DNA of 63,603 nucleotides, counting the filler, from Globobulimina sp. (lineage: Eukaryota): NCBI GenBank assembly GCA_003354225.1. It is 16 parts of 16 records of this genome, joined end to end, with 100 filler letters (N's around TTAATTAATTAA, not from the genome) between each part and the next. Parts side by side here need not be neighbours in the genome. Positions count along the whole stretch, not along the records: positions 11,955 to 15,837 come from PIVH01001937.1; positions 15,938 to 19,819 come from PIVH01001938.1; positions 19,920 to 23,801 come from PIVH01001939.1; 13 more parts are not named here. One strand, 5' to 3'. The notes beneath the pieces were generated by a model. The model was not told the origin of the DNA. It saw nothing but the letters and a program-made list of their open reading frames with translations, and ran no database searches. Positions within the stretch are counted from its first letter, which is position 1. Each line of letters begins with the position of its first letter. A program made the position numbers and the translations under genes. Below are positions 11,955 through 23,801 of this stretch, piece by piece.

Positions 11955-12798
11955 GTGGTATTTGGAGGATAATTGATATGTTAAATGATTTAGATTTACC
12001 CAGCTGTATTTTAACAAATTCATCCATTTATAACCATTGCCCAGAGATAATCGATGCGTTCATAGCGAGAGGTGATGAGATTGTGGCTCACGGCGAAACA
12101 AATTCTGTCAAACAATCAGATATGAATTATAAACAGGAAAAACTAATGATATATAACACTACGAATGTGTTATCAAAATATAACCAAAATAAAAATTATT
12201 ATAAATATCCAGTAAATGGATGGTTGGCTCCGTGGATATCCACAACCAACAAAACTTTAGGTATTAACACAAAAAAAACTCAAAAAATATACTAATTTTG
12301 CTGTCAATGACCGTCGATAACTGACGCTAAGTATATTATTTCTGTTTTGTGTTAGATATATTGTATGAAAATAAGTATCAATATACATTGGATTATTGCA
12401 TGGATGACCAACCAGTTTGGTTGAAAACGGATAAAACTGGAAATAAAAAAATATTATCAATACCTTATCCACAAGAAATGAATGATATTCCTTATTTTTT
12501 GAGCAATAAATATCATATATCACAATTTGTGAATGATATAAAAGATAATTTTGCTGAGTTGTATGAGGAATCTGTCCGCAATGATACTGCCTATGTTTGT
12601 GGTTTAGCATTACATCCATATATTGTCGGACAACCAAATCGTTTAAGATTATTACGAAATGCACTTAAATATATTAAAAATATGCAAGATCAAAATAGTA
12701 ATGTTTGGATTACGAGACCTGGTGATTTGGCTGCCTACATTTACAACAATCCAGATCTCATTGACAACAAAACCACAAATAAAAAAAGCAAATTATAA
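11955..12798 (+). CDS. Polysaccharide deacetylase (CE4, PuuE/allantoinase-like), 5'-truncated; intron 12261-12355
   Basis: GIWRIIDML, GDEIVAHGETNS, GWLAPW, DDQPVW, IPYPQEMND, LALHPYIVGQPNR and VWITRPG. The intron restores frame (TLD|ILYEN). Confidence 0.88.
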
Positions 12799-12900
12799 TA
12801 AATATCATTACATTGAAAGCTCTCTGTCCTCGTTCTTAAATTGCAATGATTAAATATGATTAAGTTTGTATAGAATTACAAGAAAATGTCAATTTTTCAC

Positions 12901-13644
12901 TTATTTTTCGACTGCACTCCATTCAATAAACTTGATATGACAATTCCACACTGCCATAGCAGGAGTAACAGAACCAGCAAATCTCTTAAAATTAAATGCC
13001 TTGTCAACAATTAGTGCATCGTTATAATAAATAGTACATTCTGAATTGTCCATATTTAACACAAATTTGAAGCGACCTCCAGATTCCCACTGTTTTGGCA
13101 TATTTTTATCTTTACATTTGGTGCGCTGCCCACATTTCTCATCAGCATACAATGACAATCTGTTGGAATGTGTATAGTTATTAATATAAACGGTATATGA
13201 ATGCTCAATATTGGGTGAAATGGAGAAATCCGTGTTAAAAATGATTTTCTCAGAGAATGAAGATGGTATAATACCAACCATGATTCCAAATCCTTGTCTT
13301 TGTCCTTCACCCATATTTATACTGAACTCAAATGAATATTTTGAGCATAAATTACGTGAAACATTATGGTTTGATATCACCAAACGATTTGCCGTCGATT
13401 TACTTATTATTTGTGTGTTATTGTCGATGAGTAGTAGTGTACCATCACCGTCACCTTTATCAAATTCAAACACTGGGAATAACAAATAATAATATTTCAG
13501 AATAAGGAGAATAATATCTAATGGAATGCTTTTTGTTTCATAGGTATTATGAATGTATCCAGAGATTAATGTGGTGGATTGTGATTTGTTTAGTTTGTTG
13601 CATGTTGAAGACATGGCCTGTAGCATATATTTTATTCTCACCAC
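12901..13644 (-). CDS. B30.2/SPRY-like beta-domain protein with N-terminal LxxGYI...IPxDIxxLI motif
   Basis: YSFEFSI, GIMVGII, GGRFKFVLNMDNSECTIYYND and VTPAMAV fit a SPRY-like strand pattern. Confidence 0.6.
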   Translation of the reverse strand: MVRIKYMLQAMSSTCNKLNKSQSTTLISGYIHNTYETKSIPLDIILLILKYYYLLFPVFEFDKGDGDGTLLLIDNNTQIISKSTANRLVISNHNVSRNLCSKYSFEFSINMGEGQRQGFGIMVGIIPSSFSEKIIFNTDFSISPNIEHSYTVYINNYTHSNRLSLYADEKCGQRTKCKDKNMPKQWESGGRFKFVLNMDNSECTIYYNDALIVDKAFNFKRFAGSVTPAMAVWNCHIKFIEWSAVEK

Positions 13645-13839
13645 GTATTTTTTAGTTCAATGTTTGAAGGATAGTTGGTTTGTTGAGATACAAAGTCATA
13701 CAAACAAGAATTAAGATGAGAAACGTTTAATTGTTGAAATGAAAGTCAAAGTGATGAATTAAATTTAACATTAATGAAATAAAATAAAAATCAAAGTAAA
13801 AGAAATATATAATAAAATTAATGAAAGATTGTAAATGAT

Positions 13840-14247
13840 TTACGTTTTGTAAAACAATATATTATAAAAGAATAAATTTGAAAACATTCTATTCAAATTG
13901 GTCTCAACACTCCCATGTAATTCATGCAATACAGGACAACGATATATAGTCTTCCCAAATAAATCAATGCCTTCATAGTCTTTGTCTGCTATGTATTGGA
14001 TCATTACATCGGAGGTATGCATAGTACCCATTTTATTAACTGGCAACGATAAGTATTTCATACAAGTAATGATTTCAATATTTGACCATTTCGATGGAGG
14101 TTTTACTATGAAACTATATTGATTTCCAGCATATTGTAAGATTTCACTTATTAAACCATTCGTGATGTCTTTATTACCTCCATTTGCTTCAACAAAATGC
14201 ATTCGTACTGCTTCAAATTCCATAGAAATCTGTATGTTATGCATCAA
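13840..14247 (-). CDS. Hypothetical protein or exon
   Basis: 135-aa ORF with protein-like composition; no motif. Confidence 0.35.
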   Translation of the reverse strand: MMHNIQISMEFEAVRMHFVEANGGNKDITNGLISEILQYAGNQYSFIVKPPSKWSNIEIITCMKYLSLPVNKMGTMHTSDVMIQYIADKDYEGIDLFGKTIYRCPVLHELHGSVETNLNRMFSNLFFYNILFYKT

Positions 14248-14258
14248 TCAATTTAAAT

Positions 14259-14464
14259 GTGACGGTGTGGTCCAAATGGGGGGGAGCTGACTTTGTGAGG
14301 TCATTAAGATGACGATGTGGGTCACAAATGGGGGGAGATGACTTTGTGAGTTATATATTGTGACGGTGTGGGCTACAAATGGGGTGGAGATGACTTTGTG
14401 AGTTATATATTGTGACGGTATGGTCGCAAAAAAAGAGCAGACTTTGTGTGTCATATACCATGAC
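14259..14464. repeat. About 51-bp G-rich minisatellite, 4 copies
   Basis: Units approximately GTGACGGTGTGG...CAAATGGGGGGAGATGACTTTGTGAGTTATATATT. Confidence 0.88.
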
Positions 14465-14954
14465 AGAACGCATAACATACATTGTTGTTATATATTTTTT
14501 GTACACGCGACAACAAATAATTTGCTCCTTTGAGATTCCAATCCGTTTTAATTCGGTCAATTAATACTCTAAATATTTGATTGTAATTTACTGATTCTGG
14601 TAATATAGAATCCACAATATTTGATACAAAATGTAATCCCAATTCATTTGTTATAAATGATTCTAAAGAACGGGAAGAATATGTAACAGCAATGAAAAAC
14701 AATAAAATATAAAATGGGATTTTAAACACTTTTCTGCTGCGTTTGGTGGCTCGTAAGTTCTCTTTAAATGTTTTCATGTGTTTTGGTACTACGGCTGTTG
14801 ATATTGTTGTATTTGCTGTTTTTTGTTTTTTGCGAGGTGGCGGCCGGTGTGCACTGTCATTAATAGTTGAGTGTATTGCATTGATTGCACGTTTTTTATT
14901 CTCGTTAGTTTGTACCGATTCATTAAAAGTGCAATTTGTAAATGCGTTGCTCAT
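14451..14954 (-). CDS. Hypothetical nuclear protein, exon structure unresolved
   Basis: ATG-initiated ORF with NLS-like RPPPRKKQK. Confidence 0.4.
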   Translation of the reverse strand: MSNAFTNCTFNESVQTNENKKRAINAIHSTINDSAHRPPPRKKQKTANTTISTAVVPKHMKTFKENLRATKRSRKVFKIPFYILLFFIAVTYSSRSLESFITNELGLHFVSNIVDSILPESVNYNQIFRVLIDRIKTDWNLKGANYLLSRVQKIYNNNVCYAFCHGI

Positions 14955-15449
14955 CTTGATGTGTGGATGGTGAGTGTTGGACTTTGCTGAAAATTGTTTT
15001 TGATGTTTTATAATATGCTAATGTTTTTTACATATAAATATTTTGTAATAATATAGCATTTACATAGCATTAATATGAATTATCATAACCTTTATACATA
15101 CCTCTGACCTATTTGAATTATTTAACATACTTTTCCTCACTAGTATATTGCTCACCAGGTTGTATGTAAAATAAGATAGAGCAATGCTTTGCGCTCTAAT
15201 TTAAAATAATATATGTTCAGCTAAGGACAGTATATATGTTTCTTATATCGAACGAAACTGATTGCTGATATGACATAATTATCAGTATCATCTGATGTGG
15301 ATTGTGGAACCAATATGGAAGAGCAAAAACAGAAATGTAACCATAAAAATTGAATTTATTTACGGATATAAACGGTTCACGGAAATTTTAAATTAGTTGA
15401 ACAAACAAACATAACTACAATCATTAAATATCAATTCTACATTCCACTG

Positions 15450-15837
15450 TCACTGTAATATAAATTCCTCATCATCAAAATCAATTTGTTGCCTCAATAT
15501 CGACGTAATGATAATATCCCGATTATATACGGTATATCCTTTCCGCTCTAAACTCTTACAATGTTTATGATTGATATCCTGTCCAATTACAATAATCATT
15601 TCATCGATCTCCCCTGAACTCGTCGCCCGAGGTATACGAGACATCAATGCGGCGCCATGACTCTGCGCCATTGTACCGATTGCTTTCTTTACATTTCGTG
15701 TGTGTTCACTTGAAAAATACACCTTATATCCATCAAATAATGGCTCCTTTCTCTCTCTCAAACACTTAAACGACTCTTTCAACTTAAATCCATATTCTTT
15801 CTCAAAATTTCGCGTGGCTTTATTGTGTGGAAAATAT
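15450..15837 (-). CDS. BRCT-domain protein, C-terminal part
   Basis: PLFDGYKVYF...AQSHGAALM...IIVI...VYNRDIIITSILRQQIDF is a typical BRCT pattern. The frame is open from the contig end. Confidence 0.8.
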
Positions 15838-15937
15838 NNNNNNNNNNNNNNNNNNNNNNNNNNNNNNNNNNNNNNNNNNNNTTAATTAATTAANNNNNNN
15901 NNNNNNNNNNNNNNNNNNNNNNNNNNNNNNNNNNNNN

Positions 15938-17020
15938 AAATTGGAAATAACAACTGTCAAACCATATTTATTCATTTGATACTCAACAATATAATTTCTT
16001 TTCATATCATTCAATGCGTTCTGCAAATATTCTGTATCAAAATTAAAGGGACCCTTTCGTTCTATTTTTAAACACCAATTATTAATATCTGAAGCATTGA
16101 ACATATTAATTGTTCGAAACATTTGTAATCCAAATAACTGCTTATCATCACAATGCTTTTCGTCATAACATACAAGTTTCATACATAACTTTTTAGATTT
16201 TCTTTTAATATTTCGGCTTTTAGCCATTATTGATTCTATTTTCTGTAAAACATAAATTGAACTGATTTTATTTTTTGATTTAATTGTAATATTTTCCAAT
16301 GTTAATTGTTTGCGTATTGTATTCTCAATAAATGTTTTTATTATTTCTTCTTTATCCGATTCGATTGTAACACATTTTAATGTTTGCGGCTTTTTAAATA
16401 TATCTACATTTGATGGATAACGCAATTCCAATGATTGTAATTTACGAAATGTCATATTTGCTGGAATTGCTCCTCCATAAAATGATAATGTTTCTATATT
16501 AGGCAATGCTGCAATAATATTACCTGCAAATATTGTATTTATATCATGTAATTCTAAGCTTTTTACGTTTGAAAACCATTTGCATTTTTTACAGAGCGGA
16601 GTTTCAAATTTTGAATTTGTGAAAATTCTGACAAAATATCATAAATTAATTCTGATTTAAAAAACCAAAGTGTTAATGTTGTGACATTATTATAATTAAT
16701 TAAATGTTGATTATTAATGAAAGATATTATATCAGCTTCATTTTCTTCTTCATATCCCAATGAATTCCATAATGTTATTGTGTGCAATGAACTATTATTA
16801 CACCAAATTGACTTATTTGATGGTGATAAAGCATTGAAATGTCCGAGATACATTGTTAATGATTGAATATTTTTGAACGCAGTCAAATTTACATCCGCTG
16901 ATTTCCAATTCCTAATAACCCCTAAATTTAATTCTGAATCCAAGTTTCGAAATCAAAAAATTCATCATCACTCAATTCAGAATCCAAGTTTCGAAATCTT
17001 ATCAAAGGAAGTAACGACAT
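15938..17020 (-). pseudogene. Leucine-rich-repeat-like protein with a disrupted 5' end; probable intron about 16524-16566
   Basis: LRR-like units NIQSLTM, SLHTITL, NVTTLTL, QIQNLKL, NIETLSF, KLQSLEL. The ATG at 17020 is out of frame with the body across a 25-bp duplication. Confidence 0.5.
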
Positions 17021-17158
17021 GACGGAACACTTCAAATTAAATGTAGGTATGTTTTAGTGCAAGGATATGAGAAAACGAAATTAAGAAAATAATACTTCCA
17101 GGGGAAGCTATCCAGCTCCCGTTTACAATATTTATTACAAACATGCACATATCAATTT

Positions 17159-18387
17159 CTATGGCCATGGTCTTTCACCATTCCAAACAGAATACGATGT
17201 ATTATCAGCATTTGGTTGAACATTTGAAATCTGATCAAGTTCATTCTGTGTCAAATCGCCAAAACCAAACAAATCCAAATCTTGATTCATGTGTTGTCCA
17301 TCAGTCGTCAATGGATTCACGGGAACATTTTGTTGCAATGACCATTTCAAATTAATCTGTGCAGCGCTGGCGTTATATTTCTGTGCAATATTTAAAATAA
17401 TGGGATGATTTAATGAAGTATACGGTAACCCCTTTTCTTGGGGACTCCATAATGGATCGCCTAATGGCGCCCATCCATTGTAAGTAATATTTCTTGCTTG
17501 ACACCATTCTCTTAAATGTCACATCCAAATAGATTTTACACATATATATATTAGCTGCTATATATATATATATATTTGTGTAGAAATTATTTGGCTGCAT
17601 GTAACCTGGCTGCATCATCATGATAATACATATGATATTCATTCTGAACCACTGATGGATAATACATCGAATCGTTATGCATATTAATTATATCTTCAAT
17701 ATGGTGCTGTACAAAGTTACTGAGACCAATAGCCAATGCTTTGCCTTCTTGGAATATTGTTATCATTGCATTCCAGGTTGACTGTCTACACAATGGTGGA
17801 TCAATCGGTGTTGGTGCAACACATCCATTTACATTATAAGTACAATTTAATTTACAATTTGGATCTGTAGAAGGCTCAGAGTCGTACGCCGGATCTGGCA
17901 AATGAATCAATAATAAATCCAAATATGTTAAATTCAATGTTGATAATACATCATCCATTTGTTTTAATGTGTCATTATAACCCATCGGAAATGGAGCACA
18001 TGAATCCACTTTGCTGGCAATAAACATTTCTTTTCTTGTTACTAATCCAGAATTTATTGCATTGTTAATTGCATTGCCTACTCCTTTCTGAGCTGGATAC
18101 ATATTTGCACCATCAACACGACGTACACCTGCTTCAATAAATTGTGTGATATATTTCTCAGCAGTTGAATCTGTCCAAGAAAGCTCTTGGCCGCGAGTTA
18201 TGGAGGCAGTGCCTGCTCCAACTAATGGCATCAGTGTATCTGAGTGTGCTGCGTTTTTCAATCGAATACGAGGGACTTTCTCATTTGGTATCCATATTAA
18301 GTCAGGATTGTCTGTATCAAAGTAGGTTGATCCATAAATATTGTGGATTGTTGCTAATATTGCTAACAGCACACCAGTTGACATCAT
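17159..18387 (-). CDS. Aldo-keto reductase with predicted signal peptide; intron 17511-17605
   Basis: MPLVGAGT, RVDGANMY, FIASKV, YLDLLLIH, AIGLSNF, VVQNEYH, GWAPLG and SAAQINLKW; the D/Y/K/H tetrad is present. Confidence 0.9.
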
Positions 18388-18626
18388 TCAGCTTGAGACT
18401 AACTTATATTAACATTTATTTTGATCTAATTATTTTAAGTTTGTTGTTGTGTGCATTTGTTAAATTTGTGTGTGTCAAATTTGAAGTCTGTACAAAAACT
18501 TTACTTCAACTTTTTGCTCCTCTATCTCTAACGTGATAACCCTGCAAAAACTTAAAACCCTAAAGAAACAAAAACCAAACACACAAACTACTCAAACACC
18601 AATAATTCTTATTTGCAATTTAAATA

Positions 18627-19819
18627 ATGGAAGGAAACAAACAACAAAACAAAAGCAATTACTTCCAACAAAGTTATCAATGAAAAAATAATCAAAACAG
18701 AAATAATAATGATAACAATCAAAAACAAAATACACATAGCATAAAACATGTAGTAAATAATAATAAAAACAATCCCCCACAGCAAATACCAGCATCTGTA
18801 ACATATGCAAACTTACACTTAAATAATTTCTTAAAATTATTAAACATAAAGGATATCAGAGATATATCGAAGAAAAACTGGAAAATAAGCTTTGGGAAAG
18901 CTATATTACATTCTTCTATCCTTTCAAAACCAGCACAAATATCCACTACACAGTCTAAGCCCGATTTATATTTAAATAAATGTGAATTATTAATATTAAT
19001 ACATTTCATTCAATTAAATAAGAATTTCATTTGGTTTACAAATACTGCAACCCGCTCCATCTTAGATTCCTTAAAATTATTCTTAAAAATTTGCTATTTA
19101 AGAGCCAACAAAGCCTCTCAAGCAAAAGTCAGAAATTTATCAGATTTGGTTTATTTATCTTGCTCGGAATTCAAATCAGATAAATTGAATGAATTTAAAA
19201 AAGCGGCTCAATTTACATTATATTCCGCTGTACGTCAATTTGATTGTATACAATATTTAGACTCGTTATCCCCGGATTTAATAAGAAATAATGCAACAAA
19301 TTCATCAAATTTGCAAGATGAAGCAGCAATTATTAATAATGATTGTGATAAATTATACAAAGGGCTCCATACATCCCTACCTTCACAATTCTCTTCCACA
19401 CTAAGTCCGATTCCAAATAATCATAACAAAAAATCTGAAAATAATGATTTAAAACAAGATGAAATGTCAAAACATGTCCATTTCAATGATAATAATTTTT
19501 CCATGAACTTACCGCCCGCAATTACCTCAGATGCAAATATTCAAAAATTAAAAAAACCGAATAACAATCTTCAAGCATCCATAGATACCGTATTACAGCA
19601 AACATCAATTGCAAATAACAATATATTTAATCCAAATACAAACTTAGATAACTTATTTACTTTGGACAGTGCGACAAATTCAATAATTGATATATTAGCA
19701 AATGATGACAATAATAATCCCTTTCAAATGTTAATAAATGACAACGAAGAAAATTTCAATAATTTCATATCATCTTTAAAAGCAGAATCAAATAAAATGG
19801 ATAATGTTAAGACATATAG
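18627..19819 (+). pseudogene. Long G-poor, Asn-rich ORF with one in-frame TGA at codon 19; possible non-LTR retroelement ORF1
   Basis: Reading from ATG 18627 is open to the contig end except for TGA 18681-18683. It is in frame with ORF 19146+. Confidence 0.45.
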
Positions 19820-20141
19820 NNNNNNNNNNNNNNNNNNNNNNNNNNNNNNNNNNNNNNNNNNNNTTAATTAATTAANNNNNNNNNNNNNNNNNNNNNNNNN
19901 NNNNNNNNNNNNNNNNNNNTTATTTATTTCGCTCCTTTGATAATTCATTTAATTTGCTCAAAAATTCGCCCAGCTGTATCACACCAACGATTGGTGATAC
20001 TCCACAACTTTTATCTAGACACTTTTTTAGCTTTTGTAGCTCTCTCTTTAGATTTACACCGAGCCCACGACCAAATAATTTATTTGAATATAGTTTTATT
20101 ATTTATTCATTTTAGATATTTCTCATACAATAGAGATTAAT

Positions 20142-23100
20142 ATGGATGCACTTCCTGTGAATCCGGTAACTGGTAGAATTATGCGTAGACCTTTTTGCGA
20201 AGTATGTACAAAAGACTACACTGGAGATCTAAACACGCCGGATATGACATGGAAATGTATTAGCTGTAATGTAACATATCCCTTTGAATATCAAAAACGT
20301 ACATCAAAGAAACAAAGTGTTCGTGGTAACACAGCATTAAATATTAGTCAGAAACAGAAACGAAATGTACAAATAATTGCAAATGAGCAACAGAAACAGG
20401 TCAATCAAAAACAAAATGATGTCGTACTTCGATCTGATACTCATGTTGCTCTTAATCCTAATCCCAATGTTCCAAATCTTGATGTTGATAATTCTCTTAA
20501 TGATGCCGATGCAAATCCCAACAATAGCAATAATCACAACAATAACAACAATAACAATCCTCCGCGTGCACGTTTTCAGGAAGCTATTGATAAAACGCAA
20601 GCACTTATTCATCGATATGGTCGCTGTTTTATTAGTTTTATTACGGATAGACGGGAGCATGCATATTATCATTTGCCTCTTAATAAATTTGATTTGGAGA
20701 ATATCACTCCGATTTGCAAAGGTTTTATGTTCGTTAAAGGTACCAGACGTTCCCCAGTCCGTAAATGGTATCAGAAAATTATGTTTGAATATGCTGTTTT
20801 GAATACTCATTATATTGATATCATTAAAGCACAAAAGTTATCTTTGAGCTCCACCATTGGTGATAATGTGTTCATTTTGAATGATACGTATTTCTCTTCG
20901 CACTCTGAAAGTGATGTAAAATCTGAAAGTGATCTGACAATGACAGATTTGTCAGGAGCGTTGCAAACAGTTCGTAGTGGAGCAACACACAAAAAACGTC
21001 GACGTAAACGTAACAAACCACAGAAGCAGGTACCAAATGCGACTAATAAGGCAAATAAAAAAAGATTCGCGTCGGACGATGTCAATCCACGTATTGTTGA
21101 TTATATGATTGTGTTTGATTATATTTATGCCAATGGTGGTTGGCCTGGACTTAAAAAGTTGCTTAGCTTTGGATATCGTGATGTTAATATCCATACTAAT
21201 CCCGATGATCCATCAGATAGATATTTACTCTTTAAATGTTGGTGTGACACAAATAAGATGTTTGAGGAGGAACTGCTTGATCTTTTTATTACTATTTATT
21301 GTATAAATAGAGAGATTATTTTGAGTTTGCGTATGATGAATGATGGTGTGACAGATGATAGTTTTCGTGATCGCTATAAAGAAATTTGTCCGTTTACAAA
21401 TCCATGGCGTGACTCTGCAAATAATGTACCAATTGTCATCAGACCGTCACCTGTGAACTGCTGGAATGGTATATTGGCATTGGGCGATTCATTTAGGTTT
21501 AAAGTTGTCGGCATTAAACACGAAACTCTGTATATTGAATGTTTGCCGCCGAGATTGGCAGATTCTGAAGAAAATATTCAACGTATTTTGTTTTTGATCA
21601 GTTTGATTACACGCAAAACGTTTGCGGTGCATGACTTCATGTTGTTGACCGGAAAATGTGTGCATATACTCCGGGTGATACTGCTTTGATGATTTATCGG
21701 TATATTTATAATGAGGAACTGTTGCTTTGTTGGAATCGAAGAGCCAATCTCTTTGTGGAGACGACTGGCATTGAGATCTCTGTTGCAAATTATCGTGTTA
21801 TTGTTGTTGGGGGTGAGATGAAACGATATATCCCAAATAATGAGCCTCCAATGGGCGATCAGACCCGTTTGTACGCATCGAATGATATTGTATTTGCACA
21901 CAACAACAAATATACCATAAATCGCATGAATAGCTCTGCTGTGCATAATTCTGTGATTAATCAGACAAAGGATCGGTCTTTGTATCATGTTGATAGTTTA
22001 GAGCTTAATTATTGCATCGCTTCCAAGTTTGATATTGCTGCCAATCCGCGTTTTGTTTTCAGTTCGAGCGTAACAGTTCGTACGTATGTAAATGCAGAGT
22101 GGCATCCTGCACAGATTAAGATTTTTCGATCGGAGATTGAGAGCAATGGTACATTGCTCTATGACATTGATATATGGACAACCACTTTGGTAACGGCGGA
22201 GATTGGGAGATTCAAATCCGTGGATCAGTGGTGTGGTACTGCAATAATGATGTTTGATAGACATTTGCCACGGAATTTAGATGTATTGCAACATTATATA
22301 CCGTCGGATCATCGCTATATACAAGTTTATGAAAATAAGAATACAAATTACCTCGCAAAGATTGCCGGATTGGACGGCGGATTGGCAAATATTGACAAAA
22401 GTATTCGTTCGATTGGCTTAGATGAACAGTTGAGCAATGCCAATGTTATTAAATCTCTCCCTCGCAGACGCCGCCGATTTGGTACACGTAATCGTAAATT
22501 ACCAAGCCGCAAATTTGTGTCTTCTAAATTGCAGCATATACAAAATAATATGCATTCTCACTATTCACAGTTTCGAAATAATGCACCAACACAAGCGACA
22601 TATTCGGCACATAATAATAGTTCGCAAAGACAATATAATGTATTGCGGAATCGGTCTGATGTGATCCTGCCAAATGTGCCGATCACGAAGAATGTGACAA
22701 TGAATCCCGCCGCATCTATTCCTTCGTACAAATCAGTGCTTACTGGAAATGTTGCAGTTAATAATCCAGTTTCACACCGCGATAATCATAACGTTGGCAA
22801 ACGTGCGACTTCGGTGCCTCCCAACAGGCTTTCTGGCGTTTCGCGACCTGAGCTGAAATTACCCATAAATTTTCAAGTTAACAGTGCACGTTTTGCGCGT
22901 GGTACACCCCTTGATCTCCCAAAAAAGACTGCAAATGCTGCGAAATCTGGTGATATATTTGATTATGTTCAGATTGCACCGCAAACTGCTTTGAATGTTG
23001 ATTGTGATGTTTTTGATCATTCGCCGATTAATCCTCAAACGAATGACTATATTATATTTGATGAGTTATATAAACATAAAGGGAAACTTGTAAACAATGG

Positions 23101-23801
23101 AGATGTGTATTATACGGCTATGATGATTCAACATTTCTTTGCTGTGAGAAATTTTATGAATGGTTATAATCGAATGGAGGTCTTCTGGCGGCGAATAAGC
23201 AGAGATCCGTTTGTGCCAATAACAAATATCTCTGACATCCAACAGCTTGGCGTCCCATTTACCAATGTATTCATTATTGACAACTTTGGCAATAATTTGT
23301 GGCCCACAGACTATCCAGTCTTAGATTGGACAAAATTGATTTCTCCTGCATTGAAACAACAATATACGGCGCATTTATATCATAAGCGCCAGTTTATACC
23401 GAAACCGTTACGTAGTTCGGCTTTTGCACAGTATGCAGACTCTTTGCGTGCGGATACTTTAAATGAGAGCGATGAAAAGCGTGGTATGCCATTGGTTGCG
23501 CAGTCTGCAAAGTCCGCAGTGCATACAGATAATGATCAAATTGATGCAAATTTGCTACCATTAATTACTGAGACTGGTGGAGTGGGATCGCCATTGTCCC
23601 GGAATGGAGAAACTGATAATGACGGTGTGAATAATGATGAACTTGACACAAATGATTCATTGGCGAATACGTACCATGATTCTGATGAAGTTATGGATGA
23701 TTTTGCGTTGCATAGTGTATTTTGTCATATATGCGGGCATTCGCAACGTATTAAATTTGCTCAAAAGACTTGGATCTGCACCGGCTGTACGTATGAGAAT
23801 A
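20142..23801 (+). CDS. Large intronless zinc-ribbon protein split by a -1 frameshift (ORFs 20142-21689 and 21656-23801), 3'-truncated
   Basis: N-terminal CEVC...WKCISC and C-terminal CHIC...WICTGCTYEN. The two ORFs overlap at GGAAAATGTG. Confidence 0.6.

Noticed and set aside
4076-14464. 39-bp and 51-bp repeat arrays as CRISPR arrays
   Set aside because: Units are contiguous and degenerate with no unique spacers, there are no cas genes, and the context is eukaryotic.
4100-18683. Stop-codon reassignment (TAA=Gln or TGA=Trp/Sec) suggested by in-frame stops at about 4100-4215 and 18681
   Set aside because: Conserved genes in the window have no internal stops, use TGG/CAA normally, and end at TAA, TAG or TGA.
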